A DNA stretch of 64,000 bases. Source: Albugo candida. Its lineage: Eukaryota. This document shows, piece after piece, positions 14,501 to 27,403 of the stretch; positions within the stretch are counted from its first letter, which is position 1; every line of letters begins with the position of its first letter. The notes beneath the pieces were generated by a model, which worked only from the letters and a program-made list of their open reading frames with translations, made no database searches and was not told where the DNA came from. The stretch covers positions 310,001-374,000 of the forward strand of contig JBDOQK010000002.1 in assembly GCA_040437565.1 (NCBI GenBank), in the 5' to 3' direction. Made by a program: the position numbers and the translations under genes.

Positions 14501-15176
14501 TGTTGGCTGGGTGCTCGATGCTTTCTTTCAGTCTGCTGTGATTACTTTTGGAACATTTATGTCGTATGGTAGTATGCTTGGAAATGGGAAGAGTGGATCA
14601 ATATGGCTGGATGGAAATACTATATTCACCATTATCGTCTTCGTGGCGAACATAAAACTCCTTCTGCATCAAAATAGTTTTCACTGGTTTAATTTCCTGG
14701 CAACCATGTTATCCATTCTAAATTGGTTAATGTTCGCTTTGATTGCTGGAAGAGTGTCCCTCCTATCAGATTTTTTTTGGAGCGACATTATGATAACTAC
14801 TTTGGGATCTTCCGTATTTTGGCTAGATGCATTGCTCATACCTTCTGTCGCACTTTTGGTCACATTCACAACCATTGTGTTAAAGTCAGAATTCTACCCT
14901 GACTATGTCCAATTAGTGAAAGAAGTGAGCAAGTTTAAGCTCGATGAAAAACTTTTGTCTAATAATGTTGAGAGCATGATATCATCATCAAAAGCTCAAC
15001 AGAAGAACCGTATAGGGCGTGTAAGCAGACGAAGGACAGGTTCAATTATACCAGCCGGTGTTTTTCAGAATAGGTCAAAAACAACGACGACATTGTACAA
15101 CGGATTTGCATTTTCAACAGATGATTGTTCAAATAAGACAGAGTCTCGCAATGCATTAAAATTCTCCAAAAAGTAA
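11499..15176 (+). CDS. P4-type ATPase, phospholipid flippase (single exon; alternative start ATG 11589)
   Basis: 1225-aa ORF with TSKY, LDGETNLK, PISL, DKTGTLT phosphorylation site, KGADS, TGDK, CRVSPSQK, GDGANDV, LILVHGR and C-terminal TM helices. Confidence 0.96.
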   Translation: MVVIKIVGPLAFVITSIRTTPACITTSIRDMHRRSKVRDIDKPQRPHRVVYLGLSDENTALRYCDNNVVTSKYTVVSFLPKFLFETFRKLPNIYFLCVSILQSIPEISTTAGVPSTLPSLMFIIMIDAVFAILEDRKRHQADNIANARLTDVFDRNERVFKLKRWSNVVVGDIIKVDNRVIAPADIVILATYRSPDAITTGLCYVETKSLDGETNLKIRNAMKITMFDSDNVESLQKLRGRIECEHPNNKINTFQGVLILDSGEKQPITHENTILRGCILRNSKWVYGLVFNTGKDTKIMQGMSAVTAKMSTMDHLLNRYILLMLLILLTCSILGATGCIKWNENGLLAWYLYTTSSTKSGRENWITMLSYYFLLMYQFIPISLNVSMSMVKFLQAQFIQWDSHIYHESTDSPALVRSMSLNEELGQISYIFTDKTGTLTCNVMDFRKCSIAGVSYGHGTTEIGLAAKNRAGGTTSIQCLEEQRGSSTKHVNFDGPELFTAIRGEAGEKQRKNIEKFFTHLSICHSVTPEVIEGSDIVTFSASSPDEQALVAGASYFGYQFVGRTPGTVQLRFQGVPEEFDILEVFAFTSTRARMSTIVRHPDGLIVLFTKGADSALYPRLERSGSYQALQQVTQQHINEYAEEGLRTLIIAMREIDPEYYKEWSKRFYLAKNDLVAIERQREELDNDIDDCMNEIEANLKLLGATAIEDRLQQGVPRTLSRLSAAGIKTWVLTGDKEETAINIGYACQLLTNDMKIIIMNSRRYLTSLAIREELDAQIDARIAELNASKARKEKLKKMGFIIDGETLAHILKDDNKSVLATLSQFCTVVIACRVSPSQKAEVVALIKKAIPSARTLSIGDGANDVPMIQEAHIGVGISGQEGLQAVNSSDYAIAQFRFLERLILVHGRRNYKRLATLALYIFYKNILLTMGQFWHTCYNGFSGQKLFLEAGVQIYNIMLTSFPVILLSVLDQDVVDQLALDHPLLYYSGLRGSELNNRVFVGWVLDAFFQSAVITFGTFMSYGSMLGNGKSGSIWLDGNTIFTIIVFVANIKLLLHQNSFHWFNFLATMLSILNWLMFALIAGRVSLLSDFFWSDIMITTLGSSVFWLDALLIPSVALLVTFTTIVLKSEFYPDYVQLVKEVSKFKLDEKLLSNNVESMISSSKAQQKNRIGRVSRRRTGSIIPAGVFQNRSKTTTTLYNGFAFSTDDCSNKTESRNALKFSKK

Positions 15177-15812
15177 ATAACTCTGGGCCGATGTGGAACA
15201 AACGAGAAAACGAGGTAGTGGAAGCGCTTAGGATCACCAAGCATCCTTATACAGAGATAATTGTGATCCTGGCTGCGTAGGATATTGTTTAATCACACGA
15301 GCGGCTGACGGAACAACATCTGAGTGAAATTCTGATTCTCATACTCGAATTTGTTTAATTTCTTCAGCATTTTGTTTCCAGAACTCAGGATTACGTGGAA
15401 TATACAGTTACTATATCGTAGTTGATATCACGGAAACGAGATTCGTAACAATCGATACTGTGTATAAGGTCAATCAATAATTATCTGTCTCTCGGTGCTA
15501 TATGGTAATGATGGCATCTCACACCTCCCTGATAGCACTCTACGGAAGGCAAGGAAATTATCATCTGTTAATAGATAAGCATGCCGCAACGAATTAGTCG
15601 CAATTGGAAAATATACAATCGAGTAGATAGGTCTCAAGTAAAAAACGACTTTTATCTCTCTCGCGTCACTCACTTGTGATCGTCATGCATTAGATTTTGG
15701 CAGAGATATTCCAGCCAACGATACTCGCTCTTTAATAAGCTTTCACACGACGCTTGGCAGCAGCTGTAAAACCGTCCATAATCAAGAAAAGCTTTTGATC
15801 AATCCTTCTCGG

Positions 15813-18800
15813 ATGTTGCGCTATCCATGTTTCGCTTATGAAGGCACTACTATAAGCGAGGATATCAATACGCCTTGGGGGAACGCCTCGAAACGAGATC
15901 GAGACATGAGATTTGACCCAGTGATGCAAGGCGCTTTCGCCCGATTCTACGATGCTGCCAAACCTTACGATAGTGAAATGCTACCGTACCAAGAATATGT
16001 AGCTTTCTATCAGCGTGTGGCATTAGCATTATTTACTAATATCAGCATCGACGTCGCTCAAGAAATAGCGGCACAAGATTGGTTGTACGATAATCCCCCA
16101 GGAGAAGCTGCTGATTTGTCACTTTCTAAAGCGAAAGTAATTGCGTTCGAGCCTTTTGCATTATCCATGCATGAACTTGCGCAATTAGTTCTTCCGATAA
16201 ATAGTCCTCGGTCGTTTTTCAATTCGTTTTACAGTGAACTCGAAAGATCGCTATTTATCATCCCAGAAATATGTTTATGCTCCATAAATCGAGTAAATCA
16301 TATTTGTGAAGCATTTCAACAGAACAGCACGATTTTTTCTGGACAATCAACACCAGTTGAGGGAAAGACTGCCTCGAAAAGGTCGTTGAAGCATTGCATT
16401 TATGGAAGCAGGAAGTCAGAACCCGAATATTCTCAGCAAGTCTTACAGCATCTGAACGAGAACCACAAAGATGAAGAGGATATGAAAAGCGGTATCACTG
16501 GATACTCCAATGGTTATTCACAGATTTTAGATAGCACTGAAGCCCTTGTGCACATTTTACGCGTGTTCGATTCAGCCATGCTGCCACCGAATATTACTGA
16601 TGATTGGGATGTAGAGGAGGCAAAAATATCAGCATTATTGACACAACAAGCTACAGTGGTTGCTGTTGTCGGTCCTACGGGATCAGGAAAGTCAAGAATA
16701 GCAAAATATTTGGCAGAATACTTTGGGTTCGTTCTGTGTTCCATCGAGACAGCGGTTACAAACTTGATGGCTAAGTATGGCAACGAGGCGAGAAAGAGGT
16801 TTTTCGAGAAGAAAGGTATCACCTATGATCTTGATGGAAACGATGAAAAAGGGATCGATGAGAAACCCAATGATTTCGATGTAGAAACGTCAAATATGTG
16901 CGAGATTCTCGAGCAGCTCCTTTCTGGAGGAGCGTTATCAAAATTTGAGTTGATTGATATTCAAATGCGTTATGCACAACAGATTCTACAAAGTGAGAAT
17001 ATTGGAGTCGTTCTCGATGACTTGGACCTATCTGAGTCGTGTGAAGTGAAATGCAATTATCTCGTATCTTTACACGGTAATGACAACGTTAGTGCGCAAA
17101 AAATGCATCGGATGGTACTCAACAGTGTGGATGGAGAACATTATATCCCGAAAGAGCTAGCTCTTTCTACCCCAACATGCCAAGAAGTGCATCATGTCGG
17201 TGAAACCGCAAAAGGAGGCTACATTGCTGATAATCATAATCCTATTCATGAGAAAATAATGAGCTCGGCGGGTGTAAGGTTGATTCAGGAAGAGTGTGAA
17301 TTAGCTAACTGTAGCTTTAGAAATCTTACCCCAATTGGTGGGTTTTCGGCTGGAACATCGCTGAGGTCCGATGAGAATGTCACGTGGAGCCAGTCTTCTG
17401 TATATTGCAACAACGGGACGACCCGAATTCCTATATTGGTCACGCAACCGATCTCAACTATCCTCGAACAATGTATCTTGGAGATTCACAGAGTACTTTC
17501 TTCCTCAGTATTTCTTTCTTCACGTCATGCTAACCATGCTTTTCTTCGATAGAATTTGCTCGGGATTTCGAACCTCGTTATACCTCGGAAAGCGCTTTCA
17601 ATTACACTACCTGATGACATTATCGAGTCATCTCGCACCGATCAAGTTATCTGGTTACTGCAATCTGGCAACGAAATAGATTCTTTGGATGCTGGGTCTA
17701 ATGCATGGAAGTCTAAGCAGCGAACCTTGTCCAAACGGTGGAAGCAATTTTGTCCCGTGTCATTTGATAGAAATAACGGACAATCAGCAGTCAATGGCGA
17801 TCCAGCATATTCCGCTTACTTGCACGGACATGTGAGTTTCTTGTTCAAGTTGTAATACTGGCTGCGTAATGTTCTTATACTTTTCTTCCAGATTTATATG
17901 CTCGCTTCAGAGGAGTTTCGAGTTAAGTTTTGCCTGCATCCTGAAAAATATTTAGGTCATAATCCTGCCAAGGAATACGTTACTCCGTCACGAATCCTTC
18001 TCGGAATGGGACCGGATGACCTCGAAATTATTGGAAAAATAGCCCGCTCTTTGGAAATAGACCGCATCATCAATGTTGCTGCAATACTCGAAACCATGTC
18101 TTCATTAGATCGAGCTTTGTCTGAGAGGTTGTTGGAAGGGCAGATCATACCTTACGATGAGATTCTTTTCCATATATCGTCTACCCTTTTGGGTTTGAAT
18201 TCTTGGCTATTGTTCGGACTACCACCCACCCCCTCGGTTATTGAAACCCTGACGAATCACAAGGTGCAAATCGATGCCATTTTGCTTCTCGATGACAGCA
18301 ATAATGCTACTGATAGCCAATCACTCGTTTTGGATTGCAAAGAGAACGGACAAGTATGCGATGTACCGATAAAAGTGGTGCATTGGGAGAGCGAATCTAT
18401 CAATAATGTGCTAATTTGTATACGCCAGGCATTCAACCCTTTTCTACCCCAGTCACACGTGGATACACTTCAGGATGGTACATTCAACGATAAGGATCGC
18501 TATCAATATGTACAAAATGCAATCGCCTCGTTCAGTTTAGGGGATACGAAAACGCAAACTGAGACCGTCTCATTAGAGCTGTCTGCTGATAATCCTAATC
18601 CTCCTAGTGCAATTCGTTGCCATGCTAAGCAACAAATGCTGGGTGAAACAGGTTTGTTTTGTCCAGTAGCTTGGAAAACTCTCAAAGAATTGGTTCAAAG
18701 TGGTCCGGATCACCTTGTTACTGTAGATGGATATCATTACTGCTTGTCCGGGCCTGAAGCACTAGAAGCATTTAGTCGGAATCCATTTGACTATGTACCT

Positions 18801-21800
18801 TCAAGTTTTATTGATACCGACACAGTTCAATTTGTTCCTTGGATACTTTTGTTGAATATTCCAAGATCTTATCTGGGTGAAAGGCTTGTGGAACTGTGTG
18901 GAAAAACGTTTTTGCTGCAAGAAATAGAGTACGGTCGTGTCAAGAAGACTTATCGTGAGAAATTGCTGGTCAATAGCTTGAAAGACCCAGAATCGCGATC
19001 AGATGAAGAAATCCTTTACTTAAAGTCTATTGAAGAAGCAATATTTACGACGATAGCGCAAGGACGCTTGACTTCAAGTATCAAGCCTATCATTGTTGCA
19101 CTACAGGATACGATGTGTGAAGTAGGCGAGATATCGATCGACAGAGTGGTCAACTCAATTACCGAGTACAAACTTAGCTCAGCTCCAATGCTTGTCATCT
19201 CTCTGAATATTGCGCAGGAGACTTTTATCGAGCAGCAACTTATGGAATGGAAANNNNNNNNNNNNNNNNNNNNNNNNNNNNNNNNNNNNNNNNNNNNNNN
19301 NNNNNNNNNNNNNNNNNNNNNNNNNNNNNNNNNNNNNNNNNNNNNNNNNNNNNAGAAGCAATATTTACGACGATAGCGCAAGGACGCTTGACTTCAAGTA
19401 TCAAGCCTATCATTGTTGCACTACAGGATACGATGTGTGAAGTAGGCGAGATATCGATCGACAGAGTGGTCAACTCAATTACCGAGTACAAACTTAGCTC
19501 AGCTCCAATGCTTGTCATCTCTCTGAATATTGCGCAGGAGACTTTTATCGAGCAGCAACTTATGGAATGGAAAAAAAGTATATCTTCAAAAAATGGCAGA
19601 ATCGACACAACGAGTCTCAGCGTGTCTAAAGCCCACGAACACACTGATCTTGATAGTGCAGATGTTGATGTGAACAACCTGGAATCATTGGAACGTGAAA
19701 AACTCGAAACTAAGTACCAGGAAGGTATTTCTGTGCATAACGGTATCCTGGAACGGCTGGGTATACGAGGAATTGCAATTTTGCCTATATCTTTGGCAAA
19801 CGAAACTATTCGTCAGTCTATAGATAAAGTCAAGTATTTCATCAATAATTTACACGAAAGAAAATCCTCACTGCTGCAACGATGCGAAGTTCTAACATAT
19901 CAAGAGATGCTTGATGAGTTAATTATGGGGAGAAGTATCATCAGTAATTACAATACAACGTGTCCACTCACTTTTATTTGCGGTGCAAAGCATGACGAAA
20001 GCTCGTTCAAATGTGTTAACTACAGGAATAGACTGTATTTCCCAGATGGAGAGCATAATTTGAAAAGGTTTGTTGCGAATCCGGCTACTTATGTGTACAT
20101 CTCGAATAGGATCGGAGAATCCGCTCATGTGAGGTTACAGTGCTGCATTGTTGGGCCGCCGAAAATGGGAAAGACTACGCTCGCACTGGATCTGGCTTCT
20201 CATTATGATCTTGTCTATGTATCGCCCCATACTGCAGTGGCGTGGATACAACGATATTCGAAGCATACATTACTTGGGAGCTATCTCACTCAAAACGTTG
20301 ATTCCTGGCCTGCATCGGTTTTGTATATAGCTATTATGCATCGAATCTGTGCTGGGGATTGTCAAAGCAGAGGCTGGGTTCTCGACGACTTCTTTATAAA
20401 TGATGAAGAATGGGAGCAAACCAAACGAATTAATCACGAGATCAACGGAGCATTCCCTTCTGTGATGTTCTACTTGAAAAGGAAGGACAACTGCTGCAAT
20501 GCTTATTCGAAGTTGACCAGTTTTTATACGATGGCTTTTGGAGCCTTTCACCTACAGCAATTAATATCAATGAAAGACTCTGCTTCATCATCTTGGAAAA
20601 TACTAGATAAAGCGAAGCAGAAACTGGATTCATATCTTCGTTTGAGACGTGAATATAATCGAGTCATGTCGACGTCAAAAGCCAAAGGTCCCGTTGGTAT
20701 GTATGGAGTCTTGTTACATCAAAAGACGGTGGAAGACANNNNNNNNNNNNNNNNNNNNNNNNNNNNNNNNNNNNNNNNNNNNNNNNNNNNNNNNNNNNNN
20801 NNNNNNNNNNNNNNNNNNNNNNNNNNNNNNNNNNNNNNGCTATTATGCATCGAATCTGTGCTGGGGATTGTCAAAGCAGAGGCTGGGTTCTCGACGACTT
20901 CTTTATAAATGATGAAGAATGGGAGCAAACCAAACGAATTAATCACGAGATCAACGGAGCATTCCCTTCTGTGATGTTCTACTTGAAAAGGAAGGACAAC
21001 TGCTGCAATGCTTATTCGAAGTTGACCAGTTTTTATACGATGGCTTTTGGAGCCTTTCACCTACAGCAATTAATATCAATGAAAGACTCTGCTTCATCAT
21101 CTTGGAAAATACTAGATAAAGCGAAGCAGAAACTGGATTCATATCTTCGTTTGAGACGTGAATATAATCGAGTCATGTCGACGTCAAAAGCCAAAGGTCC
21201 CGTTGGTATGTATGGAGTCTTGTTACATCAAAAGACGGTGGAAGACAATTTGAACGAAAATGTGCAGCTATTTTGCCCTGTTGAGCTAACTAAGCGCTGT
21301 CTTTTCGCTTCTTATATGACAGACCGCCGTCATATCGTACAGTACAATGGTTCATACTACTTCTGTGCCAACAAAGAGAACCTTGAAACTTTTCTGCAAA
21401 ATGCGGATAAAATCTTGGCTACAATCAGCGATCAAGAAGACATCAAAAGTCTCGTGAGTTCACCTCCAATCGATTTTTCAATTACGAGCTTATTTATGGA
21501 TCTCAACTCCAAGGATGCAGAGTTCAAAGGCTTTTGCCCAGTTACCTTGGAGCTAGCTCAAACCGGAATAAAAAAAGAAACAGCAGAACAGTGGAAGCAT
21601 TTGGTGAAAGGAAGTGATTTTCACCGTGCATCTTTCTGTGGAAAAGTTTATCTATTTGCATCAGAAATGCAAAAACAGCGCTTTCTTTTCGAACCGCATC
21701 GATACATATATCAGAAACTACCGCACAAATTACCTCCATCGGTCCGACAACCAGTAGCTTGCTCTAAAGCGTGCGTGTCACACTATGAGCAAGAGTTGGA

Positions 21801-22221
21801 CGTGCCGATACAAAAGGCAATGCTCCTGATTGGAAAGGAACGGCCCAAACTTCCCGGAACGAGCACGAAAGCATCTGCATGTATCCTTTTGGGTTTGATG
21901 CTAAAGACAGATTGTAGTGCCATTTCAGAGAAAACGAGAACCAGATACCAAAAAGCGATGGGAGAATTCAAGCTTGATTGTGGTCTGCTAGAAGTTTTGA
22001 AAAGTGCGATTAGCAGTCAAATGTTCTGTGGTGCTGGCATCAATCTTATTCGTGCTGTCAGAAGTAGTGGCGATTCTTCTACTAATGTGTCGACATCGAC
22101 TGAGTCTACAACAATGATAAGAAGCGATTCGCATGAAACACAAGAAATACGGAAGAGATTTGACTTGTTGCTTTCCGAGAGTGCTGAGCCTAGCAGACTT
22201 GTTCGCTACATTATTGCTTAG
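15813..22221 (+). CDS. AK9: Adenylate kinase 9-like axonemal protein (multi-exon; spans two gaps with duplicated overlaps)
   Basis: P-loops GPTGSGKS and GPPKMGKTT; repeated YHS-like modules (FCPV...F..HPEKY, FCPVAW...FSRNPFDY, FKGFCPVTL...FEPHRY); GWVLDDF; AK9-type C-terminus RPKLPG...LGLMLK. Confidence 0.8.
19034..19573. repeat. Gap-flanking duplication 19034-19253 / 19354-19573
   Basis: Same sequence before and after N 19254-19353. Confidence 0.9.
20330..21247. repeat. Gap-flanking duplication 20330-20738 / 20839-21247
   Basis: Same sequence before and after N 20739-20838. Confidence 0.9.
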
Positions 22222-22676
22222 GTGGCTGAAATCTTTCCTACTATTTACAAGTTTTGTGAGTCGGCTGATGTCGTAGTCGTACCTGAGCTCGTAAGAGAAG
22301 GATGTTCATATTTCGACGACTTTTGTTGTTTAAAATTTGTGTTTCAACCATCGCAGACGCGCCTTGATTGTTTACTGAGGGTATGAAATGGATCCCGATA
22401 ATGTCTATGTATTCTGTATCATTCACGAGTTTGTCGGTCACGATTGTGACGCCAATCATAAATGCGACGCTTGTAACCTTTAGGTGTCGCGGTAGCTATG
22501 AGGTTCCGACATCTATTCCTACCAACATCTGTGTTCCATACAGTTGTAGTGGTTCGTATGATATATCATAGCGCTGTTACCATGTTAGATTGTGATCAGT
22601 TGGTGGGCTACTTATCAACGCCTGAGTGCCCACAATAATGTATACGACATTATCTGGACTCTGTCTACTGTAGAAG

Positions 22677-23840
22677 ATGGCGGAGCGAAAAGCTGAAGAG
22701 TATTTGGCTCAAGGAAACAAAGCCTTGAAGAAGAGCGGGTTCTTCTCGTTCGGAGGCTCACAAAAATATGAAGATGCGAGCGACTTATTTGAAAAGGCTG
22801 GCAATCAATACAAAATCGCTAAGAATTGTAAGCGTTTTTCTTGGTGTTGATAGTCACATTCTTTGACGATGTGGTGTCATATACAGTTCAAGAAGCAGCG
22901 CAAGCGTTTGCTAAATGCGCCGATTGTCAGGTATGTGAATGATTAGAAAACAACATCATTCGGCATATCATATACGGATCGCAGATGAGATTAAAAGAAA
23001 GTTCCCGCGCCGCGCAATTCTATCAATTTGCTGCAGAATCACTCAATAAGGTCAACCCACAAGGTGATCGAGTCTGAGCTGCAGCTTATATTTCATTTAG
23101 ATGCTAAACGGTGTACCTTTCTGGCTGTATCAGACGCTGTTGGATATTACCGTACCGCAATAGCAATGCTGTGTGATGCAGGGCGCTTTTCAAATGCTGC
23201 AAAATTACAAAAGCAAATCGCTGAAACTTTTGAAGCTCAAGACAATAAGGAAGAAGCTCTGGAAAATTACCGGCAAGCCGCAGACTATTTTTCCGGAGAA
23301 AATCAATCTTCCTCAGCCAACAGCATGTTAATCAAAGTCGCTCAGATCTCGGCTCAGCTGGAAAGGTTTGAAGCATAAACATCATATACGCTTTCTCATT
23401 GAGATTTGTATAGATATGACGCAGCGCGAGAAATTTATGAAAACCTCGCAAAGTCTTCCATGGACTCGAATTTACTCAAGTTTAACGCCAAAAATCATTT
23501 GCTGAACGCGGGTATATGTGCCCTTGCAACAAAGGATCTTGTTCTCGTTCAGATGAAAATGGGAGAGTATCAAGACATTGACTACACTTTTGGAGATTCT
23601 CGCGAAGGGAAGTTTCTACAGGTTTGATATTGAGACCTATGTTTGCACAATGCTGACCACATGCCGTTATGTTTCAAGGGTATGGTGAAGGCGTACGAAA
23701 GCTTCAGCGCTGATGCATTTGCAGATGCTGTGTACCAGTACGATACAATCTCTAAAATCGAACCCTGGAAAATTTCGATGCTGTTGCACGTCAAAGAAAG
23801 CATTGTTGGTGAGACAACCGTCGCACAAGATCTCACATAA
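22677..23840 (+). CDS. SEC17: Alpha-soluble NSF attachment protein (multi-exon; 3' part repeated at 24254-24610)
   Basis: MAERKAEEYLAQGNKALKK..FFSFGGSQKYEDA; GRFSNAAKLQKQIAE; YRQAADYFSGE; FGDSREGKFL; C-terminal DLT. Confidence 0.93.
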
Positions 23841-24861
23841 ATCATGCTACGTCGAGCGCGATCCGTTGTGAAGAACAAGTAATTTTCGACTTGTTTGACG
23901 TGTTGAAACATATAATTAGTGTACTGATTTTCGGTAGGATAATGGCAGATTGTAAGAAAAAATTCGAGCTATCTGTTCATTTGAAACATCTTCTAGCCTT
24001 AAAAGACAAAAAGGAAGATTTCGAAGCATGCATGACAGAACACATGCGTCTAAGCGGTATGTATTGGGGCGTTGGGGCAATGTATTTGCTCATATCCGAG
24101 CAAATACATTGCCCCAACGCCCCAATACATACCGCTTAGACGCATGTGTTCTGNNNNNNNNNNNNNNNNNNNNNNNNNNNNNNNNNNNNNNNNNNNNNNN
24201 NNNNNNNNNNNNNNNNNNNNNNNNNNNNNNNNNNNNNNNNNNNNNNNNNNNNNAACGCCAAAAATCATTTGCTGAACGCGGGTATATGTGCCCTTGCAAC
24301 AAAGGATCTTGTTCTCGTTCAGATGAAAATGGGAGAGTATCAAGACATTGACTACACTTTTGGAGATTCTCGCGAAGGGAAGTTTCTACAGGTTTGATAT
24401 TGAGACCTATGTTTGCACAATGCTGACCACATGCCGTTATGTTTCAAGGGTATGGTGAAGGCGTACGAAAGCTTCAGCGCTGATGCATTTGCAGATGCTG
24501 TGTACCAGTACGATACAATCTCTAAAATCGAACCCTGGAAAATTTCGATGCTGTTGCACGTCAAAGAAAGCATTGTTGGTGAGACAACCGTCGCACAAGA
24601 TCTCACATAAATCATGCTACGTCGAGCGCGATCCGTTGTGAAGAACAAGTAATTTTCGACTTGTTTGACGTGTTGAAACATATAATTAGTGTACTGATTT
24701 TCGGTAGGATAATGGCAGATTGTAAGAAAAAATTCGAGCTATCTGTTCATTTGAAACATCTTCTAGCCTTAAAAGACAAAAAGGAAGATTTCGAAGCATG
24801 CATGACAGAACACATGCGTCTAAGCGGTATGTATTGGGGCGTTGGGGCAATGTATTTGCTC
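23484..24861. repeat. Gap-flanking duplication 23484-24091 / 24254-24861
   Basis: Offset 770; SNAP 3' end and RabGGTB 5' end appear twice. Confidence 0.9.
24036..24153. repeat. Perfect 56-bp inverted repeat (fold-back) at a contig end
   Basis: 24036-24091 is the reverse complement of 24098-24153, with a 6-nt loop atatcc. Confidence 0.9.
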
Positions 24862-25863
24862 GGATATGAGCAGGAGATGGATCCTGAAACAATATTAAAG
24901 GAGGTTTTGGAGTGCTATCATGACAATGGAGGTTTTGGAGGCAATGTCGGGCATGACCCCCATTTACTTTACACTCTTCATGCGCTGTTGATTCTCGCGA
25001 TGCTGAATGCATTATCGCGTATCGATACCTTAAAAACAGCCTCTTATGTGGCTCAATTACAGCTTGCGGATGGATCTTTTGTCGGTGATCAATGGGGAGA
25101 AGTCGATACAAAATTCACATATTGTGCGCTTTCAGCACTCTCAATTTTGAAGCAAATGCATCTTGTTGACGTTGCAAAAGCAATGGAGCATATCAATAGC
25201 TGCAAGAATTTCGATGGAGGTTTTGGCAATCTTTCTGGTAAGTCGCCGTGAAAGTGCTCGAATCGAATGCACTAACTTTTTAATCAACCTAGGCTGTGAG
25301 TCTCACGGCGGGCATGTCTTCACGGCTGTCGGTGCGCTTTCGATCGGGCAAGCGGTGACTAAGGTGAGAGTGTAAGGCCAGTATGGCAATGGTGAGACAT
25401 AGTCTCTCTGACGCAATCAATTTAGTACGTCGATGCCGAATTACTGGGCTGGTGGCTAAGTGAACGTCAGTGTGATTCTGGCGGTTTGAATGGACGACCG
25501 GAGAAGCAAGCCGATGTTTGTTACAGCTGGTGGGACATAGCCTCACTCATAATGATCGGCAAGCTTGACTGGATCAACAAAGATAAGCTGATTGATTACA
25601 TACTAGACTGTCAAGACTTGGAAGATGGAGGAATTGCTGATCGGCCCGGAAATATAGCGGATGTTTTTCACACCTTTTTCGGGATTTGTGGATTGATCAT
25701 GTTGGGGTATTTTGATCGAGAAGCAACTAAGCACCCCGAATACGCTGGAATCAGAAAAATACACCCAGTATTCGCGCTCCCGGTGGATGTCACGGAACAA
25801 CTCGAGCTGTCTGCGGAGATTATTTCGCCAGAATCAATGGCCAGTTATTCAGAATGCAAATAG
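24712..25863 (+). CDS. RABGGTB: Rab geranylgeranyltransferase type II beta subunit (3 exons)
   Basis: [75 protein letters not shown]. Confidence 0.95.
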
Positions 25864-25923
25864 ACCATCCCGTTCTTGTTATGTATGTATAAGCATGTGA
25901 GCTGTTAAACGCTACAAAATTAC

Positions 25924-27201
25924 TTATAGCTCCATTGGAGTCGCTTCTTCGACCACAAGCTCGGGACGGAACTTTTCAAAGCTTGATTTAAGAACGGCTG
26001 CAATAATGAAATTCAGCTCCTGTAAGAATTGTGATCGTCATGCGTACCTGTTGCCCCTCGAGGAATGTCGGTGACAATATTCCGCTTTACTTGATCTCGT
26101 AATTGCGAAACTTCATTTGGCTTGATTGAGTTGATGTCCTGGACGACCTCCACACCGGTTGGACCCTTCTTAATGATGGTAATATCGACGTTACTGCCTG
26201 AACCTAAATCATTGAAAACGCCAGCCAAGATCGCATCTTGTACAAGTCTCTTGGCCTCTTCTTCCTAGAATTCAGCAAATTTGTTTTAGTCATAATGAAC
26301 GAATAAAACATAGCTGGTTCATACGGTCATGTCATCTTTGTATCCTTGCTCAAAAGTCGCCATTGCCGCCAGACTCCCAGAGCCCATCGTTACGTAAGGG
26401 AGTTTGTCGGTGCTACAGAAACCCAATGGTCAATTCCATTGCTCCTGACAACGCAAATCCATTAATCACCTTCCATGTGGATAGACGGTGTACAAGTGGG
26501 GACCAGTAGCATCAACACCACCTAATACCAATGCTGCTGAAATGTGACCCTGATAGCGAAATAACATTTGTTTTAATAGCGTCATTGCCGTAACCACACG
26601 TGACTCCGTGTTGGTGTTCTGTATCAGAAACGTAATGTCACAAGACAAACTAGATAATCATCTATTCCTCATGCATTTACCAGACGATGGAGTTCCAGCT
26701 GGGAAGAAATTAAAGCTACAACCAGAGTTTTTAGTTTTTAAGCGTGATCTCGCCGACCCCGACAGCTTACCTGTCGTATTCTCTGTGTCAGCTGCCGTAC
26801 CAGCACCACAACAATATATATTTGGTGCAATGTAATGAATTTTTTCGCAATTCTTATCCATTACCTAGTCGAAAACACAAATCAAGATCAACGCGAACGC
26901 TGCACATAATTTGACCAGACATACAATTGTTCCACCGGTAGAGCGCGTGTCGGCACCGAGAACAACTCCGTCCTGATATAGACCGTGACTTTTGCGAAAT
27001 TCATTCAGATCCTGATATGTGTACCTTGTAAACAATGCCACAAATTGTTGTTCCCGTTTTCATGGCTTTTATCGTTAAATTCCCATTTTGTAACAATCGC
27101 TTGTTTCTTTCGCAATTTTCAAAATCAAATCCTTTGTCGGAGGTATGTTTGATCGGTGTGCCATCGCCAAAAGAGCTGAGTGTACGTCGGAATTCGGACA
27201 T
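25924..27201 (-). CDS. PSMB7: 20S proteasome subunit beta-2 (PUP1/PSMB7), multi-exon
   Basis: Propeptide [10 protein letters not shown], catalytic [64 protein letters not shown]. Confidence 0.95.
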
Positions 27202-27403
27202 CCTCTCACACTGTTTGGATTCGTTTTTAGGATCTGCTCTTTTCTAACTGCTATGGTCAGCCATAACTGCGACAATTTATGATTGGTTGTATCAAATCTA
27301 AATACGTTTTGATTGGATTAAATACTCTTACATTGTGTACCAATCATTTTTGGTGTATACGTACCTTGATTTGCATTGCTTTCGCGTTTCAAAGGAAGAA
27401 AAA
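27202..27403. promoter_or_regulatory. Candidate bidirectional promoter (PSMB7/RPS18) with three CCAAT boxes
   Basis: About 200 bp between divergent ATGs; gattgg at 27281 and 27311, ccaat at 27340. Confidence 0.55.
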
